Assembly: GCF_963921235.1 (NCBI RefSeq) | Contig: NC_086097.1 | Location: forward strand, 4,712,001 to 4,776,000 | Length of the DNA stretch: 64,000 bases | Origin: Mobula hypostoma | Lineage: Eukaryota | Direction of reading: 5' to 3' | Part shown: one piece after another, positions 37,650 through 51,426 of the stretch | Layout of the letters: each line of letters starts with the position of its first letter | Numbering within the stretch: position 1 is the first letter of the stretch | Translations under genes and position numbers: made by a program | The notes under the pieces: generated by a model | What the model saw: only the letters and a program-made list of their open reading frames with translations | Told to the model about the DNA's origin: nothing | Database searches by the model: none

Positions 37650-39060
37650 GAGATGAGAAAATCTGCAGATGCTGGAGATCTAAACAACACACCCAAAACG
37701 CTGGAGGAACGCAGCAGAGTAGGCAGCATTGATGGAAAAGAGTACACAACACAGTCAACACAAAATACTCTGCAGATGCTGGGGTCAAAACAACACTCGC
37801 AACACGCTGGAGGAACTCAGCAGGTCGGGCAGCATCCGTGGAAAAGATCAGTCGACGTTTCAGGCCAGAACCCTTCGTCAGGACTGAAGAGGGAGGGGGC
37901 AGAGGCCCTATAAAGAAGGTGGGGGGAGGGTGGGAAGGTGAAGGCTGGTAGGTTCCAGGTGAAAAACCAGTAAGGGGAAAGATAAAGGGGTGGGGAAGGG
38001 AGGCAGGGAGGGGATAGGCAGGAAAGGTGAAGAAGGAATAAGGGAAAACACAATGGGTAGTAGAAGGAGGCGGAACCATGAGGGAGGTGGTCGGCAGCTG
38101 GGGGAGGGGGCAGAGTGAAATAGGGATAGGGGAAGGGAGGGGGAGGGAATTACCGGAAGTTGGAGAATTCAATGTTCATACCAAGGGGCTGGAGACTACC
38201 TAGACGGTATATGAGGTGTTGCTCCTCCAACCTGAGTTTAGCCTCATCATGGCAGTAGAGGAGGCCATGTATGGGCATATCTGAATGGGAGTGGGAAGCA
38301 GAGTTGAAGTGGGTGGCTACCGGGAGATCCTGTCTATTGTGGTGGACGGAGCGGAGGTGCTTAACGAAGTGGTCCCCCAATCTGCGTCGGGTTTCACCGA
38401 TGTAGAGGAGGCCGCATCGGGAGCACCGGATGCAATAGATGATCCCAACAGACTCACAAGTGAAGTGTTGCCTCACCTGGAAGGACTGTTTGGGGCCCTG
38501 AATGGTGGCAAGAGAGAAGGTGTAGGGACAGGTGTAGCACTTACGCTTACAGGGATAAGTGCCGGGTGGGAGATCCATGGGGAGAGATGTGTGGATCAGG
38601 GAGTCATGGAGGGACCGATCCCTGCGGAAAGCAGAGAGGGGTGGAGAGGGAAAGATGTGCTTAGTGGTGGGGTCCTGTTGAAGGTGGCGGAAGTTGCGAA
38701 GGATAATGTGTTGGATCCGGAGGCTGGTGGGTGGTAGGTGAGGACAAGGGGAACTCTGTCCCTGTTGTGGTGGCAGGAGGATGGGGTGAGGGCCGAAGTG
38801 CGGGAAATGGAGGAGATGCAGTTGAGGGCATCATTGATGACGGCAGAAGGGAAACCACGATCCTTAAAGAAAGAGGACATTTGCGATGTCCTGGAACGGA
38901 AAGCCTCATCCTAGGAGCAGATGCGGCGGAGACGGAGGAACTGGGAATAAGGAATGGCATTTCTGCATGTGGCAGGGTGGGAAGAGGTATAGTCGAGGTA
39001 GTTATGAGAGTCAGTGGGCTTGTAGAGGAGTCAGACTCTCATAACTACCTCCACTATACC
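37650..39060 (-). mobile_element. 5'-truncated Penelope-like element (RT C-terminus, GIY-YIG endonuclease, pLTR tail)
   Basis: ORF 38150-38578 reads FTCES.GIIYCIRC..C..LYIGET.R...PVATHFN...E...LQPLGMN. Upstream frames give SQFLRLRRICS and FFKDRGFP. The tail repeat occurs twice (37650-37750 and 37755-37890). Confidence 0.92.
37848..37887 (-). ncRNA. Minimal type I hammerhead ribozyme motif in the Penelope 3' region
   Basis: tcagtc-CTGACGA-agggttctggcct-GAAA-cGTC-gactga, with a perfect 6-bp stem I and an intact core. Confidence 0.8.
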
Positions 39061-40621
39061 AATCAGCAATTCAGGCTGCATCCTAACTTCTGGCGCTGTG
39101 TGTGCATGGAGCTTGCCCGTTCTCCTGGTGGCCATGTCTTCTCTTAGGGAATTTTTGATACTTCTCACATTCCAACTTGCTAGGAAATGGGTTAATTGGC
39201 TACATCTTATGTCATTTATTTCTGGTGGTAGGTGAATCAATTTGAAGTGAAGGGTTTTGTGATACTTTTGAAGGAAATATATGGGGTTGCTCGAAGAGTT
39301 TGGTATCGATTCGATGGGCCGAAAGGTCTGTTGCTGTGTTGTAGCATTCCATGACTCTATGACTCTATGACTGTATGAGATGTAGTTTAGACTCAGTGGG
39401 CTGAATGGTTTTCCCCTACATCAGGATAAATATGAGAATTGAGATCCCACCATTTCAATCTTAAATAGTTAATTTCTTATGCAGTAAGCACATATATCTG
39501 TTTCATGTACACACTGAGGAATTGAATGAGAAGATCCTTTAGGACCATAGAAATAATTCAAGTAATCTTTGAAGTATGACAAAATAAAACACAGTTGTCA
39601 GTTAAATATAAAATCAAGGGTATGTCACTTATAGGTTTTCCCTCCTCAAAATAAGAGCATCAACCATCTGTTAAATGTCTCCCATTACTTGCTAATTAGT
39701 TAGGCAACAGCCTGTTCATAATCAACAAGTTATTGTAAATACCCTATGTATTTGTTAAAAGGTCAAATTGCAAGCCAGAAGACATCCATTTGCAGCCTTT
39801 CTGAAGGAGTTATAAGATCCTATCAAATTAAGATACTTGATTCCTGCACTTGTCTAGTCCTGTACACTGCTCCGAAATTGAAATTTGGAGACCACTCTAC
39901 CAAGAGCATGATTCTAAGAAATTTCATCATGCTCCACACACTTCAGGTTTGTTTTATCACAAACAAGAGGACATCTGCAGATGCTAGAAATCCAAGCAAC
40001 ACACACAAATTGTTTAATGTCATTTCTAGTACACGGGTCTAATCGGGAACAAAATAATTGTTATTCAGGATACGATGCAGCACAAAGAAATCACAATAAG
40101 ATAAAGATCGCAATAATAAAAAACACAACAAATATAAATACATAAGGTAGTTTATATACATGGGATGATTTTAGTCCATAAAGTGACAATAGGCACACGA
40201 GTATCCTCACACAAGGTGACTGACAGGAAATGGTACTGGTGGTTGGGGGTGTGGAGGGGTGGGTTAGTGGGTGGAAGGTTTGATCAGACTTACTGCTTGG
40301 GGAAAATAAACATTTTTGAGTCTGGTGGTCCTGGTGTGGATGCTACGTAGTCTCCTCCCTTATGGGAGTGGGAGAAACAGTCCGTGAGCAGAGTAGGTGG
40401 GGTTCTTCATGATGTTACTGGCCTTTTTCTGGCCTCTTTCTGTATGTATGCCCTTGACGGTGGGTAGGCTGGTGCAGGTGATGCTTTGGGCAGTTCTGAC
40501 TACCTGTTTTGAGCTTTTCTGCTGCTGCAGTGCAATTTCCATACCATGCAGCGATGCTGCTTGTTCGGATGTTCTGCACTGCACACCTGCAGAATGATGT
40601 GAGTACAGGTGTGCATTAGGT

Positions 40622-41560
40622 TAGATAGATAGATAGATAGATATACGTTATTGATCCCGAGGCAAATTGGGTTTCGTTACAGCCACACCAACCAAGAATA
40701 GAGCATAAATATAGCAATACAAAAACCACAAACAATCAAACAACAAAATGCAAACTATGCCAGATGGAAAATAAGTCCAGGACCAGTCTATTGGCTCAGG
40801 GTGTCTGACCCTCAACGGGAGGAGCTGCAAGTTCGAGGGCCACAGGTAGGAACAACCTCCCGTGCCCCCCAGTGTTGTATCTCGGTGGAATACGGCCGAA
40901 GTTCAATATTCGGTCTACAAACACGTTCCTCGATCGTAATATGACCCGCATTGCACCATCCATTGTTAACCAGAACAGTAAGCACCTAACTCCTTTACGC
41001 TTACCACTCTCAGTGCACTTCCGGTCAGCCAGAACGGTCTGGAAGCCGTCCATGGAGAAGTTTTGATCGGGTATGTCCTCGAGCAGCCCCGTTCCAGTAA
41101 AACACATAACACTGCACTCCCGAAATGTTCTCTGACTCCTGGCTAGCGCCATGAACTCGTCCATTTTATTACCCACCCAACGTCTCTTCTCCATAAGTCT
41201 CTGTTGTCTCAACCCGACTTTGTGATCCCCCTCTGCATCCTCTGTGTGTTTTCCTCCAGTTTTCAGCAGGGGTGTCCACCGCTCTGCTCGCTAAACCGGC
41301 CGGCATTAGCGCAAGCAGCTGGTCCCTGGAATGAACAATGCGACCTTGCTTCTGTCCCGCATGTTGGGATGTAACTATTTCCAGCGCTAAAAACCAAATA
41401 AAACTCTCTCTACCAGCATGTTAGAGAGGGTGCAGCTTCGACGTGTTACCATGAAAAAAAAATACAAAAAAATAACGTAAGTTAAAAAGTAAGAAGAAAA
41501 AAGTAAGAATACTGATCGGAACGGCCGTAACAGGCTGCGTGCACGACCGGCGCATGCCCA
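40622..41560 (-). mobile_element. Internally deleted (bipartite) Rex/Babar-type LINE
   Basis: 5' region and APE N-terminus (NKMDE...ECSVMCFT...ADR...SGKRKG) are fused at ~40880 to a 3' end homologous to 5093-5335. (TATC)n tail. Confidence 0.8.
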
Positions 41561-41580
41561 CTTAGTTTTATCTTTATCTC

Positions 41581-44500
41581 AGAATCAGAATCAGGTTTAT
41601 TATCACCAGCTGGTGACGTGAAATTTGTTAACTTGGTAGCAGTAATTCAATGCAATACATAATCTAGCAGAGAGAGAGAAAAAATAAACAAGTAAATCAA
41701 TTACGTATATTGAATAGATTAAAAACGTGCAAAGACAGAAATGCTGTATGTTAAATAAAAGTGAGGTTTCCAAGGGTTCAGTGTCCATTTAGGAATCAGA
41801 TGGCAGAGGGGAAGAAGCTGTTCCTGAATCGCTGAGTGTGTGTCTTCAGGCTTCTGTACCTCTACCTGCTGGTAACAGTGAGAAAAGGCCATGCCCTGGG
41901 TGCTGGAGGTCCTTAATAATGGACGCTGCCTTTCTGAGACACCGCTCCCTAAAGACGTCCTGGATACTTTGTAGGCTAGTACCCACGATGGAACTGACTA
42001 AATTTACAACCTTCTGCAGCTTCTTTCGGTCCTGTGCAGTAGCCCCTCCATACCAGACAGTGATGCAGCCCGTCAGAATGCTCTCCATGGTACAACTATA
42101 GAAGTTTTTGAGTGTATTTGTTAACATGCCAAATCTCTTCAAACTTCTCATAATGTATAGCCTCTGTCTTGCCTCCTTTATAACTACATCGATATGTTGG
42201 GACCAGGTTAGATCCTCAGAGATCTTGACACCCAAGAACTTGAAACTGCTCACTCTCTCCACTTCTGATCCCTCTGTGAGGATTGGTATGTGTTCCTTCG
42301 TCTTACCCTTCCTGAAGTCCACAATCAGCTCTTTCGTCTTACTGACGTTGAGTGCCAGGTTGTTGCTGCGGTATCGTTCCACTAGTTGGCATATCTCACT
42401 CCTGTACGCCCTCTCATCACCACCTGAGATTCTACCAACAATGGTTGTATCATCAGCAAATTTATAGATGGTATTTGAGCTATGCCTAGCCACACAGTCA
42501 TGTGTATATAGAGAGTAGAGCAGTGGGCAAAGCACACACCCCTGAGGTGCACCAGTGTTGATTGTCAGTGAGGAGGAGATGTTATCACCAATCCGCACAG
42601 ACTGTGGTCTTCCGGTTAGGAAGTCGAGGATCCAATTGCAGAGGGAGATACAGAGGCCCAGGTTCTGCAGCTTCTCAATCAGGATTGTGGGAATGATGGT
42701 ATTAAATGCTGAGCTATAGTCGATGAACAGCATCCTGACATAGGTGTTTGTGTTGTCCAGGTGGTCTAAAGCCGTGTGGAGAGCCATTGAGATTGCATCT
42801 ACCGTTGACCTATTGTGGCGATAGGCAAATTGCAGTGGGTCCAGGTCCTTGCTGAGGCAGGAGTTCAGTCTAGTCATGACCAACCTCTCAAAGCATTTCA
42901 TCACTGTAGATGTGAGTGCTACTGGGTGATTGTCATTAAGGCAGCTCACATTATTCTTCTTAGTCACTGGTATAATTGTTGCCTTTTTGAAGCAAGTGAG
43001 AACTTCCAACCGTAGCAGTGCGAGTTTGAAAATGTCTTTGAATACTCCCACTAGTTAGTTGGCATAGGTTTTCAGAGCCTTACCAGGTACTCTGTCAGCA
43101 TCTTCTGCCTTGCGAGGGTTCACTCTCTTTAATGACAGCCTAACATCTGCCTCCAAGACAGAGATCACAGGGTCATCAGATGCAGCAGGGATCTTCACAG
43201 CTGCAGCTGTGTTCTCCCTTTCAAAGCGGGCATAGAAGCTGTTGAGTTCATCTGGTAGTGAAGCATCGCTGCCATTCATGCTACTGGGTTTCACTTTGTA
43301 GAAAATAATGTCTTACAAACCCTGCAGAGTTGCCATACATCTGATGTTGCCTCCAAACTTGTTTGAAGTTGTCTCTTTGCCCTTGAAATAGCCCTCTGCA
43401 AATCATACCTGGTTTTCTGGTACAGGCCTGGGTCGCCAGACTTGAATGCCCCAGATCTAGCCTTCAGCAGATAACATACCTCCTGGTTCATCCATGGCTT
43501 TTGGTTTGGGAATGTGCAGTAAGTCTTTGTAGGCACACACTCATCCACACAGGTTGTAATGAAATCAGTAACAACTGTAGCATATTTATCCAGGTTCGAA
43601 GATGAATCCCTGAATACAGTCCAGTCCACCGATTGAAAGCAGTCCTGTAGGTGCTCCTGTGTTTCCCTTGTCCATACCTTCTTGGTCCTCACTGCTGGTG
43701 CTGCAGTCTTCAATCTCTGCTCAGAGAGTGGAAGTACAGACAGGTGATCAGACTTCCTGAAGTGAGGATGTGGGATAGCACGGTAGGCATTCTTGATGGT
43801 GGTATAGCAACGGTCCAGTGTGTTGTTACCTCTGGTATTGCAAGTGATCTGTTGATGGTAAATGCTTTGTAATTTTTTTCAGACTGGCCTGGTTAAAATC
43901 TCCCAAAACGATGGTGAAGGCATTAGGGTGTGCTGTTTCGTGCATGTTGATTCCATTGCTCAGATCATCTAAAACCTGCTTGACATTGGCCTGAGGTGGA
44001 ATGTAAACTGCTACCAAAATAACCCCGGAGAACTCCCGTGGTAGGTAAAACAGATGACATTTGACTGCTAGATATTCCAGGCCTGGTGAGCAGAATTGGG
44101 ACAGCACTGGAAGACCAAGATTTTCCCTGTAGAAGTGGGATGCAGGGGATTCGTTGCTACATCTACGACCAGTCTATTGAAGAAGATGGGGGTGAGGGGT
44201 CACTCCCTCCAAAAAGCAATCAAATCCTTGTCAAACGCAGCAGAAGAAAGCAGCAATTGGATTTGGATTAAAAGGAAAGACAACAACTGGGCTGCAAGAT
44301 GAAGACAGGAGGGTATGGAACTGAGGGGGTGTATCTGGGATGCCAGGTAGCACCATTGAGCCCTCTGGAGACATTGTGGGCTTATCAACGAAATGTCAAA
44401 GAAGGGGGGTGCCCACCTGATGACCCCGATGATGTACCTACCCTCCCTCCTTGTCACCACTCCAAGTCCACTGCCAACATCGAGAGTACTGACTTACCAT

Positions 44501-44710
44501 AGGGATTGAAACATCAAGTCCTAGTAGCTTACTGTGCACCAAGAAGAGTTGATCATGAGGCAAACTCCTCCATCTCTGCTTTTGAGAGACTCTATAGATC
44601 TATCCTGATGGTGTATAGTAAACCCATCGATCTGAATCGCTGCATCTGGTACTGAATGGGTTAAGCAGGATACCATGAAACAAAGGACACACGTGGTCCT
44701 AATGTCCCTG
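41581..44710 (-). mobile_element. Rex/Babar-type LINE ORF2 (APE plus RT), degenerate, interrupted by a Hero fragment
   Basis: [49 protein letters not shown] and KFADD motifs. (CTGATT)n tail at 41581-41594. Confidence 0.93.
44108..44532 (+). mobile_element. Short Hero-type RLE element 3' fragment (second subfamily)
   Basis: WKTKIFPVEVGCRGFVA...AAEESSNWIWIKR is homologous to the C-terminus of ORF 1678-2649 but has a different 3' UTR. It splits the Rex APE between NSSWCT and LSQFCSP. Confidence 0.85.
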
Positions 44711-45504
44711 AGGCCATGCTCTCTTCTCACTGCTGCCAGCTGGAATAAAGTACCCACATGACCCGTACCACCAGGCTCAGGAACAGATTTTATCCCTCAA
44801 CCAGAGGGGATAACTTCACTCCACTCACTCCATCATTGAAAAGCCCCCACAACCTGTTGACTCACTTTCAAGGACTCCTCTTCTCAGGTTGATATTTGAG
44901 GCTTATTTATTTAATATTATTATTTTTCCTTTGCATATTTGCCCACTTAGTTGTCTTTTTCACATGGGTTGTTTGTCCGTCCTGTTGTGTGTGGCTTTTC
45001 ACTGATTCTATGGTGATTCTCTGTCTACTGTGAATGCCCACAAGAAAATGAATCTCAGGGTTGTAAATGGTGGCATACAATATATTAGTAGATTTACTTT
45101 GAACTTCCTTCATGCGATGGAGTGACCAGGATTTCGTGCATCATGCAAAATCAGCCTTGCTGCATTCTCAGTGATGAAGGGACAATGATTTTTTTTTCCA
45201 GTTTGTGACTTGGAGTAATTCCGGCGTGTACCCATGTATCTGCTGCCCTTTCCATTTTGAAGACAGATCTCGCAGGTTTGACAAGTGCTATTGGAAATCT
45301 CCTGCTGAGCAACTGTGGTGCATTTCGAGATGGAGCATGCTGGCGTCACGGGGCACTGAATCGTGGCAGACCAGAAACTGGGAATCTTCAAAAATTTTAA
45401 AATAAAAAATAGAGGGAGAAAATAGATTATGAGAATAAGTTATTGGGAGATGTGAAAACAGACAGTAGTAAGTTTATAACTCTATAAAAGCAGTGAGAAT
45501 GAAC

Positions 45505-46075
45505 CCCATCATAAATTGGGGGACCCGTTTGTCTAGCACCTCTACTCCATCCACCAAAAGTGTAACTACCCAGTGGTCAAACACTTTAATACCCATTCCC
45601 ATTCCCGTTCCAACCTGTCAGAAAATGGCTTCCTCTTGTGCCAAGATGAGGCCACCCACAGGATGGAGGAGCAACACTTTATATTCCGTCTGTGTAGACT
45701 GATGGCATGAGTATTGATTTCTCTTTCCAGTAAATAAAAATCCTCTTCTCTTCCCCACTCTGGCCTCTTACTTCTTCTCAGCTGCCTACCACTTCCCCCT
45801 GGATCCCCTCCTCCTTCCCTTTCTACTATGGTCCACTCTCCTCTCCTATCAGATTCCTTTCTCTCTAGCCCTTGACCTTTCCCTCCCACCTGACTGCACC
45901 TATCATCTTCTAGCTGCCCTCTATCCCTTCCCCCCATCTTTTTATTCTGGCATCTTCCCCCTTCCCTTTCCAGTCCTGAAAAAGGGTCTCAGCCTGAAAC
46001 GTTGACTGTTCATTCAGTCCCACTGATGCTGCCTGACCTGCTGAGTTCTTCCAGCATATTTTGCATATTGCTTTG
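45505..46075 (+). mobile_element. Penelope-like 3' fragment with a degenerate hammerhead (~45971-46008)
   Basis: GIY-YIG C-terminal remnant (ggaggagcaacac), a pyrimidine tract, and cagtcctgaaaaagggtctcagcctgaaacgttgactg. Confidence 0.8.
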
Positions 46076-49000
46076 ATCACTATGGTGTTGCATTGGTGGG
46101 AGCTTGCTGTGTACAATTTGACTGTCAGATTTCAAAACTTCTGTTACAGGATGTGATTCTGAAACCATAGAATAGTTACAATGCTGGGCTTGATCATTGG
46201 TTGTAAGGGACTTTAAAGCAAATGATGGCTTACCTCATAATTCTCTCCTGTCAATTACCTAAGTCAGTTTGATGTGAAGCAAGGGTTTCATTCCAATTTT
46301 CTGGAAAATCTGAATGGCCATTGAGAGGTCCTGACAAGTTGCATCTCCATTTGGTATGGGAGCAGCAGAGCATCGGACCACGGTTGGGAGGACTATAGGG
46401 GTCTCCCTATCATCCATCGAGGACATTTATCAAGAGCGCTGTGTACACAGGGGCCTTATTATTAGCAAGGATCCCACCCATCCATCCAGCATCCTCTTTG
46501 ACTTTCTACCATCAGGCAGGAGACTCTGATGCATAAAGACTAGAATGGTCAGGATGGGAAGTAGTTTCTTCCCTCAGGCCAATAGGCTTCTGAACTGCCT
46601 GCCGCATCACATTCAAAGTGTCACCAGATAATTTGCACTGTAGTCTACAATATTTAATTTATGTGTTTATGTGTAATTCATTTGTAGATTTAATTCTTAC
46701 TTTCCTGAGTTATTGTGTGTTATATTATTGTGTGTTATGTGTACAACTGTGCTTAATATGCTGGTCCGGAGAGATGTTGTCTCGTTTGATGGTATACATG
46801 TATATAGTTAAATGACAATAAACTTGACTTGATTAAGGCTGACATAGACAGCACTGCTGTTACCACAATACTCAGAGCAGAATAAAATGCTCTAAAACTA
46901 TCAGTCAATGTAAGATTTATGCAGCTCATGGCTTTACCACTGCTTCATTCTGGCTTGGTCCCCAGTGACTGCAATAACACACAGAGCTGCTGAGATGTGT
47001 GCAGTTGGTGAGGCTGAATAATAGTGAGAGGCGTGAAGAGCTTGCGCTAAGGAAAAAAAATCACCCTCAAGGGCCTCCAGCCTCCGAATGATATTTATTG
47101 ATTCATCTGACATGTTTTGGAGAATTTAGATTTAACAAACCGTTGATGTACTGCATGACCTATAGAAAGAGTTTAAAGAAGATTAGGAATTTGACAGTGC
47201 CACAAATTGTGCACTGAAGATTACATTAAAGGTCATTTTCACTCTCACTTTTTATGTCTCTGGAATCTTTTAAACCTTGAAATGACAAGTGGCAGCATCT
47301 GTCAACCAGCTGCTGAAGTCTATCACTTTCTTGGAAAGGTGGATTAGTACAAGAAATTACTTTGCTCTCTGATCTATCATTAGCTAATCAATGGAAATGA
47401 AGAGCAGAAGAGTGGAAGAATGCTGGGCTCCGGCCAATCCCTCTTTTCAATCTCTTGTCCTCTGCATGGATTTATAACTCTCTTTGCAAAATACAGGATC
47501 TTGCCTCAAATTGGTCTGGTGTGCAAGCCTTAAAGAATCTTCCCGCACTAATTCCCAACATTGTTTTTATCTCAGCAACACACACACGAGGCTGTTTTTA
47601 TCTTGTTTAGATCAGGGGTTCTGAAACAATTTTATGCCAATGAGCCTTACCATTAACCCAGATGTCTGTGGATTTAGAGGCACTGTGTGGAACAGGCCCT
47701 TCTGGACCAATGAGTGGCCCCCTCCCAGCAACCCACCTATTTACTCCCAGTCTAACCACAGGACAATTCACAATGGCCAATTAACCTACATCCTGGACTG
47801 TGGAATTTCAGTCCATCGAGCCTGATTTATTAACTAATCCAGAACCTTCTCTGTGGCAATGAATTCAACAGATTCACCATCCTCTGGCTAAAGAAATTGA
47901 TCCCCACCTCTGTTTTAAAGGGAGGTCCTTCTATTCAGAGGCTGTGCCCTCTGATCTAAGACCCCTACACTATTGGAAACATCCTCTCCACATCCACTCT
48001 GTCTAGGCCTTTCACTATTTGATAGGTTTTTACAGTATATTTTGATGTACATGAAATGAATAAATGAATGTGAATCTGAATTTCTCTCCTGGTCACACAC
48101 CATCCTGACCTTGAATCACAGGCACATCTTCTTTGCAGGATCTATATTCTCGAGCTCCCTGTACAACAGCTTTGAAAGGGTAACTGCACCAGACAGACTG
48201 CAGAGGCTTAAGAAGGCAATAACTTTTGGAAGGCAGTAGGGAATAGGTAATGAATGTCAGCCTGACCAATGGTATCCACATCCTGAAAAATCAATCAGAA
48301 TTAGAATCAGTTTTAATATCACTGGCAGAGGCCATGAAATTTGTTGTTTTGCAACAGCAGTACAGTACAATACATGATAACTTTTTAAAACTATAAATTA
48401 CAATAAGAAATATATTCTCAAAAATAAATATGTAGAGCAAAAAGGGAGCTAAAAAAAGAAATAGTGTGGTAGTGTTCATGGGTTTATTGTCCATTCAGAA
48501 ATCCGATGGTGATGGGGAAGAAGCTGTTCCTAAGACACAAAGGGTGTGTCTTCAGGCTCCTATATTTCCTTCGTGATGGTAGCAATGAGAGGTGGACGTG
48601 TCCTGGGTGAAAGGGGTCCTTAGTGATAGATGCCACCTTTCTGAGGCATCACCTTTTGAAGATGTCCTGGATGCTGGGGAGACTGGTGCCCACGATGGAG
48701 CTGCCAGAGTTTACGACTTTCTGCAGCTTTTTCCGATCCTCTGCAGTGGCCTCTCCATAATTTTTTTTAAAAAAGAAAACCTATCCTCATAATTTCATTT
48801 TTGGCTCCCTGTCAAATCTGTCTGACGATTTCTTTCATAAATGCTTCGTGTTGCTGTACTATATTGAAGGAGCTGACTTGCTCTATTTAATGTAGACATT
48901 ATTTTTAACAGAAATACCTTGCAGATTGAAAACACAAGAGATTCTGCAAATGCTGGAAATCCAGAGCAATACACACAAAATGCAGCAGGTCAGGCAGCAT

Positions 49001-51302
49001 CCATGGAAATGAATAACAGTCGATATTTCAGGCTGAGACCCTTTATCGGGACTGGAAAAGAAGGTGGGTGGGTGGGAGAAATACAAGCTAGAAGGTGATT
49101 GGTGAAGCCAGGTGGGTAGGGTAGGGGGGGATGAAGTATGAAGCTGGGAGGTGATAGTTGGAAAAGGTAAAAGGCTAGAGAAGAAGGAATCTGATTGGAG
49201 ACTAGGAATCTGATAGAAGGAATTTCCTTATCTGTCTCCTGTCAGTGATCCTGTCCCTGACACAGAGAGTAAATCCACCCATACAGAGGCACAGTAGACA
49301 TGATCATTACACATGAAAACTCCAAGTGAAATGCAGGGAACAGCACCCAACAAGAAGCCAGAATAAGAAGGTTTTACTTTGGTAGATTGTGATGCCTATT
49401 CCTTTTCAGATGTTGCAGGCCATTATTTCAGCAGCCAGGAATAGCCATCTTAGAAATTATGGTAAGTATCACAAGGGCGCGTATTTATGTTTACCATTGC
49501 TACGATACATTTCAAACGAGATTTAAGTTTTATGATGACATTTATGGTTTGCAAACTGACATTCTGATTATACCAGATGTAGCATGCCACTCAGGGACTT
49601 GGGCTATATATATTTTTTTGTGACTGCATATTTTTCTGCTACTGTAACTATTTGTGCTGTCTGTTGTGTGCTGTGTGTTTTGTGTTTGTGTGATGTGTTT
49701 TGTACCTTGGCCCCAGAAGAATACTATTTAATTTGGCTGTATTCAAGGTTGTGATTGAATGACAATTGAACTTGAATTTGAACTCATCTTCAAATTAGTT
49801 CTGATGTATCTTTCATTCACATCTTCTGAAGAAACGCCATGGGTCTGAACTATAACCTATTTTTCTCCCTTGCGATGCTGTCTGACTTACTGAATATTTC
49901 AAGCTTTGAGTGTTTTAACTTTACTCTTTCAAAAATTACTTACTCTTCTTTGTTATTTATGTCTCTGGTGCATGGCCAATCATCAAGCATCCAAGAAATG
50001 GTGAATGGAAAATAAATTAATTGATATTCAGCCAGTCAGGAAAGGATACATATGATGTTCATGATACTTAAGAGAAAAATAAACTTTAGGATTATGGGGA
50101 AGAATACTGCAAGGAAACTGACTGGATTGAAATAAAAACAGAAAATTCTAGAAAGACTCAACATTTCATGAACGGTTACACACCTGAAACTGACTGTTTC
50201 TCTCTCTGTTGGAATTTGGAGGAGGAATGAGGAAGAATTTCTTTAGCCAGAGGGCTGTGAATCTGTGGAAATCATTGCCACAGACGGCTGTGGAGGCCAA
50301 GTCACTGGGCATAATTAAGGCAGAGGTGGATGGGTACTTGATTAGTCAGGGTGTCAAAGATTACAAGGAGAAGCCAGCGGAATGAGTTGAGAGGGCTAAT
50401 AAGTGGGTGAGTTAATAAGTTTGCAGATGACATAAGGATTGGTGGTATTGTGGATACTATGGATAACTGGCAAAGGATACAATGGGATATAGATCAGTTG
50501 CAGATATGAACAGAGAAATGGCAGATGGCGTTTAACCTGGCCAAATGTGAAGTGTTGCACCTTGGTGGGTCAAGTGTAAAGAGAAAATGCACTGTTAGGA
50601 ATAAGACCTTTAACAATGTTGATGAGCAGACAGACCTTGGGGTCCAAGTTCATAGGTTCCTGAAAGTGGTTGCACAGGTCGATCGGGTGGTTGAGAAGGT
50701 GTAGGCACGCTTGTCTTTATTTGTTGAGGCATTGCCTTAGTCCATTTATAGTGAGTCGTCCTCTAATACTTTATTTACATCTAATTCATTATGTATTGAA
50801 TTATACCTGGTGAATTTCTGTTGTATTTATTGCTGGCTGATTGCTGTCAGGTTGTATGTCAAGATGTCTTGGCGAAAACACAGTGTTTTCTCACAGTTAA
50901 GGCCTGCATTAGAACTTACACTGTGATGCCACATTACAACCATAGCAACACTCAAAATGCTGGAGGAGCTCAGCATGTCGGGCAACATACCCGCTGTTTG
51001 TTCGTTTTCACTGATGCTGCCTGACATGCTGATTTCCTCCAGCACTTTGTGTGTGCTGTTTTAAATAGAAATGAATAAAGAGTCAGCGTTTCGAGCTGAG
51101 ACCCTTTATCGGAACTGGAAAGGAGGGGGGATGATGCCAGAATAAAAAGCTGGGGGGGGTGGGGGGGACAAGCTAGAAGGTGATAAGTGAAGTGTAGCAA
51201 CTCCAGATTGATTTTATGGCAAAGTTGACACTCTGGTAAACAGTTCAGATATAAATGGGGGTCATTATTCCAGCTGAAGTGATGGGCCATCATTTTCCTG
51301 CA

Positions 51303-51426
51303 GTGGAGAGAGTATCCCTCAGGATCAATGGATCGATTATGGTCCTGCTGTGGAGAGAGTATCTCTCAGGATCAATGGATCGATTATGGTCCTGCTGTGG
51401 AGAGAATATCCCTGAGGATCAATGGA
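51303..51426. repeat. 47-bp tandem repeat, about 2.6 units
   Basis: gtggagagagtatccctcaggatcaatggatcgattatggtcctgct starts at 51303, 51350 and 51397. Confidence 0.92.
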
